64,000 nt of DNA from an uncultured bacterium (GTDB taxonomy: Bacteria; Acidobacteriota; Thermoanaerobaculia; Multivoradales; JAHZIX01): the NCBI GenBank assembly GCA_965368975.1, contig CBDUPA010000002.1, positions 256,001 to 320,000 of the forward strand. Direction: 5' to 3'. The position numbers and the translations under genes were made by a program. Below are positions 21,841-32,910 of this stretch, piece by piece; position 1 is the stretch's first letter; the number at the start of each line of letters is the position of its first letter. The notes under the pieces are model-generated. The model was not told where the DNA came from, made no database searches, and saw only the letters and a program-made list of their open reading frames with translations.

Positions 21841-22935
21841 ATGCGAGAGCACGTGCCCACCCCGCCCCACATCCTGCAAGTCAGGGACCTGATCGTGCGC
21901 TACGGCGAGGAAGTCGCCGTCAACGGTGTCGATCTCGACCTGCCTCAGGGCCGGCTCCTTGCGCTGCTCGGGGCCAGCGGCTGCGGCAAGACCAGCCTGC
22001 TGCGGGCCATCGCCGGCTTCGAGTCCCCTACCGCCGGCACCATCGACATCGACGGTCGCCGGGTGTTCGACAACGGGACCAATCTGCGTGCCGAGAAGCG
22101 CAACGTCGGCATGGTATTCCAGGAAGGTGCCCTCTTCCCGCACATGACGGTGTGGCAGAACGTCTGCTACGGCGTCAAAGGTCAAGACGATGCCGAAGAC
22201 CGTGGTGGGGAAGCACTCGAACTCGTCGGGCTCACAGACTACCGCCACCGCTATCCGGACGAACTCTCCGGCGGTCAGCAACAACGCGTCGCCCTCGCCC
22301 GTGCCCTGGCACCGTCACCGAGCATCGTGCTGCTGGATGAACCCTTCGCCAATCTCGACGCTACCCTGCGCCAGCGCGTGCGTGAGCAGGTCCGCGACAT
22401 CCTCGAAGCCGCCGGTACCACCTCGATCCTGGTCACCCACGACCAGGAAGAAGCGCTGAGCGTCGCCGAGCTGGTCGCCGTCATGGTCAGCGGCCGCATC
22501 CGCCAGGTCGGAACCCCGGAAGAGATCTACCACCAGCCCGCGAGCCTCGACGTCGCGACCTTCGTCGGCGAAGGCCAGCTTGTGGCGTGCGACGTCCGCG
22601 ATGGGATCGCCCATTGCCGCTTCGGCTCAGTTCCCACCGTCGAAGGGGCACCCACGGTCGAGGCGACGGACGGCCCCGGACACCTCTTTGTGCGTCCTGA
22701 AGATCTGAGGGTCCTGCCTGCCGATCACCCCGAGGGCGCTCACGGCAAAGTCGTGCGGCGCCGCTTCTTTGGCCACGACCTGCTGGACGATGTCGAGCTG
22801 GAAGTGTCGAGCGGGACGGGCGAGGCCGCGAGGATCCAGGTACGACAGCTGTCGTCCAGTAGCTGTGCCACTGGCGTCCCGGTGCGGATCTGTCTGCGCG
22901 AGAAGCCGTTCCGGATCTTTCCGTCCGCGTCTTGA
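21841..22935 (+). CDS. Fe(III) ABC transporter ATP-binding protein (FbpC type)
   Basis: GASGCGKT, LSGGQQQR, LLDEP, VTHDQEEA, C-terminal TOBE-like region. Confidence 0.93.
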   Translation: MREHVPTPPHILQVRDLIVRYGEEVAVNGVDLDLPQGRLLALLGASGCGKTSLLRAIAGFESPTAGTIDIDGRRVFDNGTNLRAEKRNVGMVFQEGALFPHMTVWQNVCYGVKGQDDAEDRGGEALELVGLTDYRHRYPDELSGGQQQRVALARALAPSPSIVLLDEPFANLDATLRQRVREQVRDILEAAGTTSILVTHDQEEALSVAELVAVMVSGRIRQVGTPEEIYHQPASLDVATFVGEGQLVACDVRDGIAHCRFGSVPTVEGAPTVEATDGPGHLFVRPEDLRVLPADHPEGAHGKVVRRRFFGHDLLDDVELEVSSGTGEAARIQVRQLSSSSCATGVPVRICLREKPFRIFPSAS

Positions 22936-23038
22936 CAGCTCCCGGTACTTCGGACAAGCTCGCCCCCTGTGCCTGCGAGCACTCGAAACCGGACCGTAAT
23001 GCCGGTCATCCCACCCAACATCGAAGGAGATCCCATCC

Positions 23039-23278
23039 ATGCGCGAGAAAGATCGCCAGTTGCGCCGTCGGCGCCAGCGTCGCCGTAAGCGTTTGAAGGA
23101 CCAGGCTCGGGAACTGCGCCAGCAGCTCGAGAGCAAGGCGCAGTCGAGCGCCAAGGCCAGCAAGCCCGCGGCCAAGAAGACGACCGCCAAGAGCACCGCC
23201 AAGAAAGCCGCTACCAAGAAGACAGAAGAGAAGGTAGAGGCCGAGAAGACCGAAGAGAAGGCCGAGGCGGAGGGCTGA
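23039..23278 (+). CDS. Small basic protein with poly-Arg N-terminus and Lys/Ala-rich tail
   Basis: SD GAAGGAG, typical codon usage, stop 4 nt before rpiB; MREKDRQLRRRRQRRRKRLK...KPAAKKTTAKSTAKKAATKK. Confidence 0.75.
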   Translation: MREKDRQLRRRRQRRRKRLKDQARELRQQLESKAQSSAKASKPAAKKTTAKSTAKKAATKKTEEKVEAEKTEEKAEAEG

Positions 23279-23282
23279 GACC

Positions 23283-23741
23283 ATGCGCATCGCGCTCGGT
23301 GCGGACCACGCCGGCCTACCGATGAAGGACCACCTGCGCGACTATCTGGAAGCGCACGGGCACAGTATCGACGACGTCGGCACTCACTCCGCCGACAGCA
23401 CCGACTATCCAGACTACGCGGGCGAGGTCGCCCGCCGTGTGGTCAGCAGCGCCGCGGACCGGGGTTTGCTGGTCTGCGGCAGCGGCGTCGGCATGGCGAT
23501 CGCCGCCAACAAAGTCGACGGAGCGCGCGCTGCCAACTGCTTCTCGGCCGAGATCTGTGCGCTGGCGCGGGCTCACAATGACGCCAACATCCTCACGCTC
23601 GGCGGTCGCTTCCTGAGCGAAGCCGAAGCGGAGGACATCGTGCATGCTTTCCTCGACACGCCCTTCGAAGGCGGGCGCCACCAGCGGCGTGTCGACAAGA
23701 TCTCGGCGCTCGAGCATTCGGCACTGGAGGAAGCGACCTGA
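23283..23741 (+). CDS. rpiB: Ribose-5-phosphate isomerase B
   Basis: [43 protein letters not shown]. Confidence 0.96.
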   Translation: MRIALGADHAGLPMKDHLRDYLEAHGHSIDDVGTHSADSTDYPDYAGEVARRVVSSAADRGLLVCGSGVGMAIAANKVDGARAANCFSAEICALARAHNDANILTLGGRFLSEAEAEDIVHAFLDTPFEGGRHQRRVDKISALEHSALEEAT

Positions 23742-24982
23742 TGGCCATCGATCTGCTGCGTAACGCCGACCCGGAAATCTTCGAAGCGATCGAGAACGAG
23801 CGCCGGCGTCAGAACGACGGGCTGGAACTGATCGCGTCGGAGAATTTCGCCAGCCGCGAGGTGATGGCGGCCACCGGTTGCGTGATGACGAACAAGTACG
23901 CCGAGGGCTACCCTGGCCGCCGCTACTACGGTGGCTGCGGGTTCGTCGACGTCGCCGAGCGGTTGGCGATCGCACGCGCCAAAGAACTCTTCGGCGCCGA
24001 GCACGCCAACGTGCAGCCGCACAGCGGCACCAGCGCCAACATGGCGGTGTACTTTGCCATGCTCAAGCCGGGCGACACGCTGATGGGCATGGACCTTTCG
24101 TGCGGCGGTCACCTGACGCACGGCCACCACCTCAGCTACTCGGGTCGCGACTTCAAGGTGGTTAGCTACGGAGTCGACAAAGAGACCGAGCTGATCGACT
24201 ACGACGAGGTCGAGCGGCTGGCTCTCGAGCACCGGCCACGGCTGATCGTCTGCGGCGCCAGTGCCTACAGTCGCGTCATCGACTTCGCCCGCTTCCGTGC
24301 CATCGCCGACGAAGTGGGCGCGCTGCTGATGGCAGACATCGCGCACATCGCCGGCCTAGTCGCAGCCGGTGAGCATCCGTCACCGGTGCCGCACGCCGAC
24401 TTCGTCACCACGACGACGCACAAAACGTTGCGCGGTCCGCGCGGCGGCTTGATCCTATGCAGGAAAGAGCATGCCAAAGTACTCAACCGCGCCCTCTTCC
24501 CTGGCCTCCAGGGAGGCCCACTGATGCACGTGATCGCGGCCAAGGCGGTAGCCTTCAAGGAGGCGCTGCAGCCGGCGTTCAAGACCTATCAGCAGCAGAT
24601 CCGCGCCAATGCCCATCGTCTCGCTGAACGACTGCAGGAGCTGGGGCACCGGATCGTTTCCGGCGGTACGGACAACCACGTCCTGCTACTTGACGTCGCG
24701 GCCTCCGGCACCACCGGCAAGGTCGCCGAGCAGGCGCTAGAAGCCTCGGCGATCACGGTCAACAAGAACACCATCCCCTTCGACCCGAATCCGCCACTGG
24801 TCGCCTCGGGCGTCCGGCTGGGTACCCCGGCGCTGACCACGCGCGGCATGAAGGAGCCCGAGATGGCGCGCGTCGCGGAGTTGATCGCGGAAGTGCTGCG
24901 GGACCCCGAGTCCGAGACGGTACACACCGAGGTGCGCGAGAAGGTCAAGGCGTTGACGGCAGCCTTCCCGCTATACGAGTGA
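23741..24982 (+). CDS. glyA: Serine hydroxymethyltransferase
   Basis: [47 protein letters not shown]. Confidence 0.98.
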   Translation: MAIDLLRNADPEIFEAIENERRRQNDGLELIASENFASREVMAATGCVMTNKYAEGYPGRRYYGGCGFVDVAERLAIARAKELFGAEHANVQPHSGTSANMAVYFAMLKPGDTLMGMDLSCGGHLTHGHHLSYSGRDFKVVSYGVDKETELIDYDEVERLALEHRPRLIVCGASAYSRVIDFARFRAIADEVGALLMADIAHIAGLVAAGEHPSPVPHADFVTTTTHKTLRGPRGGLILCRKEHAKVLNRALFPGLQGGPLMHVIAAKAVAFKEALQPAFKTYQQQIRANAHRLAERLQELGHRIVSGGTDNHVLLLDVAASGTTGKVAEQALEASAITVNKNTIPFDPNPPLVASGVRLGTPALTTRGMKEPEMARVAELIAEVLRDPESETVHTEVREKVKALTAAFPLYE

Positions 24983-24987
24983 ACACC

Positions 24988-25719
24988 CTACATCTCGACG
25001 ATCTTCTCCGCCGGAATCCCCACCCGTAGCGCCGCCGCCGCCGCCTCGACGGCTTTCTCGTCCTGACCATCGACGGTCAGCTTGGTGTCGTAGGGGATAT
25101 CGCGGCCCCACAGAGGGTAACTGCCGAGGCTGACCTGTGGGTACGCCGCAGCCACCTCTTCGAGCAGGTGGACCAGCTCGGCTTCGTCGCAGCGCGTGTA
25201 GATGGCGCGGCTGAGGAAGGGCTTGCCGGCCCCCAGGTGGCGCCGAATAGCGGGAATCTTGAGCCGGAAAATCTCCGGCAAACCGGGTAGCACGAAGACG
25301 TTGCCGACCAGCACGGTAGGCCAGGGGCTGTCACCGTCGCTGATCAGTTCGCTGCCGGCTGGTAGGTCGGCCATCCGTAGGTGGGCTTCGGTCAACTTGT
25401 CGCCGAAATGGTCCGCCAGCAGCTGTGTCAGCGCCGGAGCGCGCTCGATCGGGCGCTCGAAGCTCTGCGCCACCGCTCGGATGGTGACGTCATCTAGCGT
25501 CGGACCGACGCCACCGCTGGTGAAAACGAAGTTGAAGGCAATGCGCAACGCGGTCAGATCGCGCGCGATCGCCTCGGTATCGTCCTCACAGATCACCACG
25601 CGCTGCAGCTTTACGCCGAGCCGAAACAACTCACGGCCCAGGTGCGCCAGGTTGGCTTCCTGGACCTTGCCGGTGAGGATTTCGTTGCCGATGATCAAGG
25701 CTGCGGCGGTACGCGTCAT
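24988..25719 (-). CDS. Molybdopterin-binding-domain protein (CinA N-terminal/FAD hydrolase-like)
   Basis: IIGNEILTGKVQEAN, TSGGVGPT.DDVT, VFVLPG.P motifs. Confidence 0.85.
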   Translation of the reverse strand: MTRTAAALIIGNEILTGKVQEANLAHLGRELFRLGVKLQRVVICEDDTEAIARDLTALRIAFNFVFTSGGVGPTLDDVTIRAVAQSFERPIERAPALTQLLADHFGDKLTEAHLRMADLPAGSELISDGDSPWPTVLVGNVFVLPGLPEIFRLKIPAIRRHLGAGKPFLSRAIYTRCDEAELVHLLEEVAAAYPQVSLGSYPLWGRDIPYDTKLTVDGQDEKAVEAAAAALRVGIPAEKIVEM

Positions 25720-25749
25720 GGTCCATGGATCCTACCGCAGTACAGCTGT

Positions 25750-27054
25750 TCAGTCCCGCTCCAGTACCATCGAGAAACCATGCCCGCCGGCCGCGCAGAT
25801 GGAGATGAAGCCGAGACCGTGACCTTGACGCGCCATCTCGTGCGCACACTGGCTGATCACGCGGGCACCGGTGGCACCGAAAGGGTGACCGACGGCGATC
25901 GAGCCGCCATTGGGGTTGAGCTTGTCGCGGTCGACCTCGTCGATCAGCGGACCGTCGAGGCCCAGCTGGCGACCAAACTCGACGCTCTCGAAGCGCTGTA
26001 GGGTGGCTAGCACCTGGGCTGCGAAGGCCTCGTGCATCTCGATCAGGTCCATGTCCGCCAGCTTCAGACCACCGGCACGCTGCAGGGCGACGGGCGCCGA
26101 GTAGGTCGGGCCGAGCAGCAGGTGCTCGGTCTGCAGATCGACCGCGGCCATGGCGTAGGAGCGGATGTAGGCGAGCGGCTCGTAACCCATGGCTTTGGCG
26201 CGTTCTTCACTCATCAGCAGCACGGCGGCGGCGCCATCGGTCAGCGGGCTGGAGTTGCCGGCGGTGAGGGTGCCGTACTTGCGGTCGAACACGGGCCGTA
26301 GCTTGCCCAGCTTCTCGAGGCTGGTGTCGCTACGGATGTCGGTGTCCTGCTCCAGGGTCTCGTCGAAGCGCGGCTGCAGCGATACTGGCACCACCTCACC
26401 TTGCATGCGGCCCTCGGTAAAAGCAGCGGCGGAGCGGCGGTGACTCTCGAGCGTCCAGGCGTCCTGGTCTTCGCGAGAGACGTGCATGTCCTTGGCCATG
26501 ATCTCGGCACTCTCACCCATGGACAGCCCCGTGGTTGGCTCGGCGATGCCGGGCGATTCCGGCTTCAGGTCGGACAGCTTGAAGCCCTTGAACGCGGCCA
26601 GGCTTTGCCCCAGACTCTTGGCGCGACCGGCCTTCTGCAGCATGTGGGTGACCTTCTTGGACCACAACGCCTGCGCCTCGGACATGCTCTCGGCGCCACC
26701 AGCAATGACCACGTCGGCATGGCCGAGGGCGATCTCGCTGGCACCGTCGATCACGGCGCGGGCACCGGAGGCACAGTAAAGCTGCACGGTCACCGCCGGA
26801 ACTTGCGGTGGCAACGCGGTGCGGAAGACGACTTCGCGACCGATGTGCGGACCATGCGGCGTCGCCGCGACGCAGCCGAAATACAGCTGCTCGACCTCTT
26901 TCGGGTCGAGGTCGGCGGCGCGTAGCAGACCTCGGACGGCATGACCACCGAGGTCGGCGGCACCCAACTGCTTGTAGGCGGTCCAAGCCCGGGCGAAGGG
27001 GGTCCGCATGCCATCTACGATGGCCACTCGACGACCGGTGTCAGCAAAGCTCAT
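25750..27054 (-). CDS. fadI: 3-ketoacyl-CoA thiolase (FadI type)
   Basis: G.RTPF, YCASG, AGGAESMS, TAGNSSPLTDGAA, HEAFAAQV, GGSIAVGHPFGATG, ICAAGG; SD GGAG upstream of ATG 27054. Confidence 0.9.
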   Translation of the reverse strand: MSFADTGRRVAIVDGMRTPFARAWTAYKQLGAADLGGHAVRGLLRAADLDPKEVEQLYFGCVAATPHGPHIGREVVFRTALPPQVPAVTVQLYCASGARAVIDGASEIALGHADVVIAGGAESMSEAQALWSKKVTHMLQKAGRAKSLGQSLAAFKGFKLSDLKPESPGIAEPTTGLSMGESAEIMAKDMHVSREDQDAWTLESHRRSAAAFTEGRMQGEVVPVSLQPRFDETLEQDTDIRSDTSLEKLGKLRPVFDRKYGTLTAGNSSPLTDGAAAVLLMSEERAKAMGYEPLAYIRSYAMAAVDLQTEHLLLGPTYSAPVALQRAGGLKLADMDLIEMHEAFAAQVLATLQRFESVEFGRQLGLDGPLIDEVDRDKLNPNGGSIAVGHPFGATGARVISQCAHEMARQGHGLGFISICAAGGHGFSMVLERD

Positions 27055-27194
27055 GTCTGGTTCCTCCAGGGTTGCCGCATCTCTTGCCGCAGCGCGGCGT
27101 ATCCGTGCGACCCCCATCATACCTAAAAGCCAGGACTTGCCAAGAGGTCCGCCGCAGTCAGTAGTTCTCGGAGTGCTCGCCCGACACGGATTTC

Positions 27195-27224
27195 TTGACA
27201 CACTGCGGCAAGGCTCCTTACGAT
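27195..27224 (+). promoter_or_regulatory. sigma70-type promoter for fadJ
   Basis: TTGACA (27195-27200)-N18-TACGAT (27219-27224). Confidence 0.55.
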
Positions 27225-27294
27225 GGAGTTCTTGCCCCGGGTGACTCCGCCCCCCAACGACCGCCGACAAGCACCCAGATGAAGGAGCGCGACC

Positions 27295-29523
27295 GTGCCT
27301 GAATCCACAACTCGACCTACTGCCAACTCCGCGACAGCTGACTCCGCGACGCAGAGCGCGAACTCGACCTCCACCTCGGAGGGCTTCGATGCCGCCCGGC
27401 TGGTACGGGAAGACGGCATCGCCTGGCTACACCTGGATGATCCGAACAAGAAGGTGAATACACTGTCCAGCCGCTTCATGGCCTGGTTCGAGCAGCGCCT
27501 GGACGAGCTGGAGCGAGAGCCGCCCAAGGGGCTGGTGATCCTGTCGGACAAGCCGAACAACTTCATCGCCGGCGCCGACATCGACGAGATCCAGTCGCTC
27601 AGCGAGCCGGCCGAGGTGCGCGAACTACTGCGCCACGGCCACGCCATGATGGAACGAGTGCGCAAGCTGAAGTTCCCGGTGATCGTCGCTATCCATGGTA
27701 GCTGCCTGGGGGGTGGCCTGGAGTTGTCCCTGGCCTGCCACGGACGCCTGGCCACCGAGGACCCCAAGACCAAGCTCGGCCTGCCGGAGGTACAGATCGG
27801 TATCTTTCCGGGTCTCGGCGGCACGGTGCGCCTGCCGCGCTTGATCGCGGTGCCGGACGCGCTCGACCTGATTCTGACCGGGCGCCAGGTCGACGCCAAG
27901 AAGGCCAAGCGGCTCGGACTGGTCGACGAGACCTGTCATCCAGCCGACCTGGAAAAAGTGGCGCGCATCCTGATCGAGAGGGGGCTGGGGAGCGACGGAC
28001 GGATCCAGGCGCGCAAGCCGGTCAAGGTGCCATTCGGTAAGAAGGTGGCAAACACGCTGGCACGCTTGCCGCTGCTCAAGGGCCTCGTCTTCGGCGCCGC
28101 GCGCAAATCTGTGTTGGCCAAGACGGCCGGCCACTACCCGGCGCCGCTGAAGGCGCTGGAGGTGGTGCGCCGGAGCCTGCCGATGTCGCTGCCCAAGGGG
28201 CTAGAGTTGGAAGCGCGCACCTTCGCCGACATCGTCGTGACACCGGAAGCCAAGCGACTGATGGGCATCTTCTTCATGAAGACGGACGTCGACGGCCGCG
28301 CCGCGGCGCTCGCCAAGCAGGCACGGCCGGTGCCACGCGTCGGCGTGCTGGGAGCCGGCTTCATGGGCTCGGGAATCGCCCAGGTGCTGGCGCACAAGAA
28401 CTACCAGGTGCTGCTCAAGGATCGCGACAATGCCGCCGTCGGCCGAGGCCTCAAGCACTGCCAGGATCTGTTCAGCGGTCTGGTCAGGCGGCGGCGCTAC
28501 TCGCCGATGGACCTCAAGCTCGCCATGAGCCGTATCGAAGGCACCGCCAGCTACGACGGCTTCGGGCAGGTCGACTTCGTCATCGAGGCGGTGTTCGAGG
28601 ACGTCGAGGTCAAGCACAAGGTGATCCAGGAGGTCGAAGCGCACGCGCCGGAGAACCTGATCTTCGCCTCCAACACTTCGACCTTGCCGATCACCGAGCT
28701 GGCCAAGGGCAGCCGACGACCAGAAAACGTCATCGGCATGCACTTCTTCAGCCCGGTGCACAAGATGCCTCTGCTCGAGATCATCCGGCACCCCGGCACC
28801 TCGGACGAGGCCGTCGCCACGACGGTGAAGGTGGGCCAGGACATGGGCAAGACCATCATCGTGGTCAATGACGGCCCCGGCTTCTTCACCAGCCGCGTAC
28901 TCGGGCCGTTCATCAACGAGGCGGCCTGGATCCTGACCGAGGGCGGCAGCATCCCCGAAATCGACAAGGCTCTGACCCGCTGGGGCTGGCCGGTGGGGCC
29001 GATCACGCTGCTCGACGAGGTCGGTATCGACATCGCGGCGCACGCGTCCAAGACCATGCTCGAGGCCTTCGGCGACCGCATGGCGGTACCCCCGGTCTTC
29101 ACGCGCCTGGTCGAGGACGGCCGCACCGGCCGCAAGGGCAAGCGCGGCTTCTACCGCTATGACGAGAAGGGCAAGAAGCAGGGCGTCGACGACAGCGTCT
29201 ATTCGCTGATCGGCTGGCAGAAAAAGGACATTGCGGCTGACGAGATCGTCGAGCGCTGCTGGATGCAGATGCTCAACGAGGTTGCCTACTGCATCGAGGA
29301 CGGCATCATCGAGAACCCGAAGGACATCGATATCGGTGTCATCTTCGGTTTCGGCTTCCCGCCGTTCCGCGGTGGCATCCTGCACGAGGCTGACCGCCTC
29401 GGCCTGGCGCACGTCGTCGACCGCCTGCAGACCTATGCCGACCGTCACGGCGAGCGGCTGGCTCCAGCGCAGCTACTGCGCGACATGGCCAAGAAGGGCG
29501 AGCGCTTCCACCAGGGAGGCTGA
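27295..29523 (+). CDS. fadJ: Fatty-acid oxidation complex alpha subunit (enoyl-CoA hydratase/3-hydroxyacyl-CoA dehydrogenase)
   Basis: FIAGADI, GGGLE, GLPEVQIG, GAGFMGSGIA, EAVFED, ASNTS, GMHFFSPV, GFGFPPFRGG; SD AAGGAG before GTG. Confidence 0.92.
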   Translation: MPESTTRPTANSATADSATQSANSTSTSEGFDAARLVREDGIAWLHLDDPNKKVNTLSSRFMAWFEQRLDELEREPPKGLVILSDKPNNFIAGADIDEIQSLSEPAEVRELLRHGHAMMERVRKLKFPVIVAIHGSCLGGGLELSLACHGRLATEDPKTKLGLPEVQIGIFPGLGGTVRLPRLIAVPDALDLILTGRQVDAKKAKRLGLVDETCHPADLEKVARILIERGLGSDGRIQARKPVKVPFGKKVANTLARLPLLKGLVFGAARKSVLAKTAGHYPAPLKALEVVRRSLPMSLPKGLELEARTFADIVVTPEAKRLMGIFFMKTDVDGRAAALAKQARPVPRVGVLGAGFMGSGIAQVLAHKNYQVLLKDRDNAAVGRGLKHCQDLFSGLVRRRRYSPMDLKLAMSRIEGTASYDGFGQVDFVIEAVFEDVEVKHKVIQEVEAHAPENLIFASNTSTLPITELAKGSRRPENVIGMHFFSPVHKMPLLEIIRHPGTSDEAVATTVKVGQDMGKTIIVVNDGPGFFTSRVLGPFINEAAWILTEGGSIPEIDKALTRWGWPVGPITLLDEVGIDIAAHASKTMLEAFGDRMAVPPVFTRLVEDGRTGRKGKRGFYRYDEKGKKQGVDDSVYSLIGWQKKDIAADEIVERCWMQMLNEVAYCIEDGIIENPKDIDIGVIFGFGFPPFRGGILHEADRLGLAHVVDRLQTYADRHGERLAPAQLLRDMAKKGERFHQGG

Positions 29524-29574
29524 TCCGTACCGCAGAGCCGCGACGCTTGGGTGGGAAGGTGAAAACCGAAGGTC

Positions 29575-29599
29575 AGGGGGCCTGGTCCGCAGGCCCCCT
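29575..29599. terminator. Hairpin between convergent fadJ and CsgG-like gene
   Basis: AGGGGGCCTG-GTCCG-CAGGCCCCCT, a 10-bp perfect stem. Confidence 0.6.
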
Positions 29600-29606
29600 A
29601 AAGCAC

Positions 29607-30527
29607 TCAGTCCAGATGGACAGTCATCCCCCGCTCGACCCGCGACACCTCGCCCGAGGTCACCCGACAGATCGACAACTTCTCCTTCACCTCTGCGACT
29701 TCCAACCGCGCCAGGACCTCGACCTCTTCGTCCAGCACCTCGCCAGTATCCGGATCACGGATCACCACGGACGTGCCGACTACGAAGGTCGTCCCCACCG
29801 CAACGCCCTCGCGACTCCCGCGGTTGACGTAGACCTTGTCACCGCGCACCAACGCCACCGAGCCGCCCCACGGGATGCTCGGCAACTGGCTGACCAGCCA
29901 GTCGACGCCATCGGCGACCGCGGCGGTCATCGCCTTGCCGACGCTGTCCTTCTTGAAAGCTTCGACGTCACCGCCGAAACCCGAATCGGAGTATCCCAGG
30001 CGAATGCCCTCGCGATCCGACTTGCCGGTGACCGTGGTCGAGGCGAGAACCTGGCCGGTGGTCGAGTCGACGATATAGATGGTCGCCGTGACCTCGGCAC
30101 TCTCCTTGCTGCCGCCAACCCGGAAACCGCGAATGCGCACGCCGCCGCTGCCACCGCTAGTGTCGTGCGCAACGTGGGTGATGGATCCCTTGACCAGTAG
30201 CTGTGCCGGCGTCATCTGGCCGACCTGCGGCGTCTTGGCCCCCTGGGCGGTGCGGCCGGAGGCGCCAAAGTCCTGTTCGGCCATCGCCTCGTTGCGCATG
30301 TCGGTTTCCCCGAGCACGATGAACCGACCACTCTGCTGCAGCAGGTCGGTCATCACGGTGCCCCAGGCATCCCCCATGCTCCAGCGGCCGCTCCAGTTGG
30401 CCTCGTTCTCGAACTTGCTGACAGTGATGGTGTAGCGCAGGCCGCCGTCGACGGCGGTCAACGCGGGAACGGTGACAGCTCCCAACATGAGCGCCACCAG
30501 TACGGGCGCGAGAATGCGTAGCTTCAT
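29607..30527 (-). CDS. Secreted CsgG/HfaB-family protein with C-terminal FlgT-like beta domain
   Basis: Signal peptide; I.V.KFEN...L.QSGRF.V, G.MT.AQLLVKGSIT, VDSTTGQV; C-terminal VYVNRG..EGV..G..F...DPDTGEVL. Confidence 0.75.
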   Translation of the reverse strand: MKLRILAPVLVALMLGAVTVPALTAVDGGLRYTITVSKFENEANWSGRWSMGDAWGTVMTDLLQQSGRFIVLGETDMRNEAMAEQDFGASGRTAQGAKTPQVGQMTPAQLLVKGSITHVAHDTSGGSGGVRIRGFRVGGSKESAEVTATIYIVDSTTGQVLASTTVTGKSDREGIRLGYSDSGFGGDVEAFKKDSVGKAMTAAVADGVDWLVSQLPSIPWGGSVALVRGDKVYVNRGSREGVAVGTTFVVGTSVVIRDPDTGEVLDEEVEVLARLEVAEVKEKLSICRVTSGEVSRVERGMTVHLD

Positions 30528-30578
30528 GACATGAACTCCTACTTGCCCTTCAGGGAGGGCTTCATTCGGTTGGCTGAA

Positions 30579-32828
30579 TCAGCCTTGTTCTGCTTCCTGT
30601 GCGTCGACGACGCAGAGCGCCGCCATATTGACGATATCAGCCACCTCGACACCGCGCTGCAGTACGTGCACCGGCTTGCCCATGCCGAGCAGTACCGGCC
30701 CGATCGCCTCCGCATCCGCCAAGCGCCAGATCAGCTTGTAGGCCGTGTTGGCACTCTGCAACTCGGGGAAGATCAGCACGTTGGCCGGCTTCTTGAGGTC
30801 GCTCCAAGGGTACGTCTCATGCAGGATCGATTCGACCACCGCAGTGTCCGCCTGCATCTCGCCATCGACCTCCAGGTCTGGAAAACGCTGCTTGATCTGC
30901 ACCACCGCATCGCGCACCTTGCGCGCCGACGGATGATCGTTGGAACCGAAGTTCGAGAAGGACAGCATGGCGATACGCGGCGTGACGTCGAAGCGACGCG
31001 CGAAGCGTGCCGTCAAAGCCGCGATCTCGACCAGGTCTTCGGCACTGGGATCGATGTTGACGGTGGTATCGGCCAGGAAGAACAGGCGGTCCTTCAAGAT
31101 CAGGATGTAGCAGCCCGCGACGCGCTGGACGTTCTCCTCGACACCTGCGATCTGCAGCGCAGGCCGAATGGTGTCCGGGTACTCCTGAGTCAGGCCGGAA
31201 ATCAGGCCATCGGCATCGCCTTCGACGATCATCATCGGGCCGAAGTAGTTGCGTGAGCGCAGCCAGCGACGTGCATCCTCCAGCGTCACGCCGTGGCGAC
31301 GCCGCCGTTGATGAAAGCTCTGCGCGTAGGCTTCGAATTTTGGTGATTCGATGTTGTGCACCAGCGTCAACTTGTCCAGCGGCACATCCAATTCGCGCAG
31401 CCGCGGCTCGACCACTTCCCGGCGAGCCAGCAGCACCGGGTGGCAGATACCCTCGTCGATCAGACGCTTGGCGGCGCGCAAGATCTTGTCGTGCTCACCT
31501 TCGGGAAAGACCACCCGCTTGGGATCCTGGCGAGCCCGGTGGATCAGCTTGCGCATCAACTCGAGGCGGCGCGAGATCAGCGTCTCGAGATAGTGGCGGT
31601 AGGCGTCGAGGTCGTCGATCTGGCGCCGGGCAACACCGCTGGCCATCGCCGCCTGCGCCACCGCGGGCACCACGCGCAGCAGTACGCGGTAGTCGAAAGG
31701 CTTGGGGATCAAGTACTCCGGCCCGTACTTCAGGTGATCGAGGCCGTACGCCTTGAGCACCGAGTCCGGTACATCTTCGCGCGCCAGCTCGGCCAGCGCG
31801 TCGACCGCGGCCAGCTTCATGGCATTGTTGATGCGCGACGCCCGCGTGTCGAGGGCACCGCGGAACAGGAAGGGGAAACCGAGCACGTTGTTGACCTGGT
31901 TCGGGAAGTCGCTACGGCCCGTCGCCATGATCACGTCGTCACGCGTCTCGACAGCCGTCGGGTAGGAGATCTCCGGATCGGGATTCGCCATGGCGAAAAC
32001 GATCGGTCTAACGGCCATGGCGCGCAGCATGTCCGGCGTCACGATGTCCGCCACCGAGACTCCGACGAAGACGTCGGCGCCCTGCATTGCATCGATCAAC
32101 GAACGGCGGTCCGTCTCGGCCGCGAACTCTTGCTTGTGTGGCGCCAGGTCCGTGCGGCCCGTGTGCACGACACCTTTACTGTCGCATAGCAGCACGTTTT
32201 CCTGCCGCACCCCCATCTCCAGATACAGGCGCAAGCAGCCGATCGCCGCGGCGCCAGCCCCCGAGAAGACGACCTTGATCTCATCGATCCTCTTGCCCAC
32301 CAGCTCCAGCGCGTTGCGCAACGCGGCACCGGAGATGATCGCCGTGCCATGCTGGTCGTCATGAAACACCGGGATGTTCATCTCGGCTTCCAGTCGGCGC
32401 TCGATCTCAAAGCACTCGGGTGCCCGGATGTCCTCCAGATTGATGCCGCCGAAGGTCGGCTCCAGCAGCTGGACGACGCGAATGAACTCCTCAATGTCCT
32501 CGGTCGCCACTTCGAGATCGAACACATCAATGTCCGCAAAGCGCTTGAACAGGACGCCCTTGCCCTCCATCACCGGCTTGCCCGCCTGGGCGCCAATGTT
32601 GCCCAGGCCGAGGACCGCCGTACCGTTGGAGATCACGCCAACCAGGTTTCCCTTGGCCGTATAGTCGTAAGCCTTGAGCGGATCCTTGTGGATCTCCTTG
32701 CAGGGCTCGGCGACACCTGGACTGTAGGCCAGCGACAGGTCCCGCTGGGTCGCGGTCGGCTTGGTGGGCACGACTTCGATCTTGCCCTTGCGTCCACGGG
32801 AGTGGTAGTCGAGCGCATCTTGCTTCAT
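30579..32828 (-). CDS. maeB: NADP-dependent malic enzyme with phosphotransacetylase-like domain
   Basis: [54 protein letters not shown]; C-terminal VFPEGE, DGEMQAD. Confidence 0.96.
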   Translation of the reverse strand: MKQDALDYHSRGRKGKIEVVPTKPTATQRDLSLAYSPGVAEPCKEIHKDPLKAYDYTAKGNLVGVISNGTAVLGLGNIGAQAGKPVMEGKGVLFKRFADIDVFDLEVATEDIEEFIRVVQLLEPTFGGINLEDIRAPECFEIERRLEAEMNIPVFHDDQHGTAIISGAALRNALELVGKRIDEIKVVFSGAGAAAIGCLRLYLEMGVRQENVLLCDSKGVVHTGRTDLAPHKQEFAAETDRRSLIDAMQGADVFVGVSVADIVTPDMLRAMAVRPIVFAMANPDPEISYPTAVETRDDVIMATGRSDFPNQVNNVLGFPFLFRGALDTRASRINNAMKLAAVDALAELAREDVPDSVLKAYGLDHLKYGPEYLIPKPFDYRVLLRVVPAVAQAAMASGVARRQIDDLDAYRHYLETLISRRLELMRKLIHRARQDPKRVVFPEGEHDKILRAAKRLIDEGICHPVLLARREVVEPRLRELDVPLDKLTLVHNIESPKFEAYAQSFHQRRRRHGVTLEDARRWLRSRNYFGPMMIVEGDADGLISGLTQEYPDTIRPALQIAGVEENVQRVAGCYILILKDRLFFLADTTVNIDPSAEDLVEIAALTARFARRFDVTPRIAMLSFSNFGSNDHPSARKVRDAVVQIKQRFPDLEVDGEMQADTAVVESILHETYPWSDLKKPANVLIFPELQSANTAYKLIWRLADAEAIGPVLLGMGKPVHVLQRGVEVADIVNMAALCVVDAQEAEQG

Positions 32829-32910
32829 CTGGGGGAGTTCCTTCCTTGTGGTACTTTGGAGTCTCACAGTCTACTGCTTCCAAAGAGATCTCCCAAGCCG
32901 ACAACCTTCC

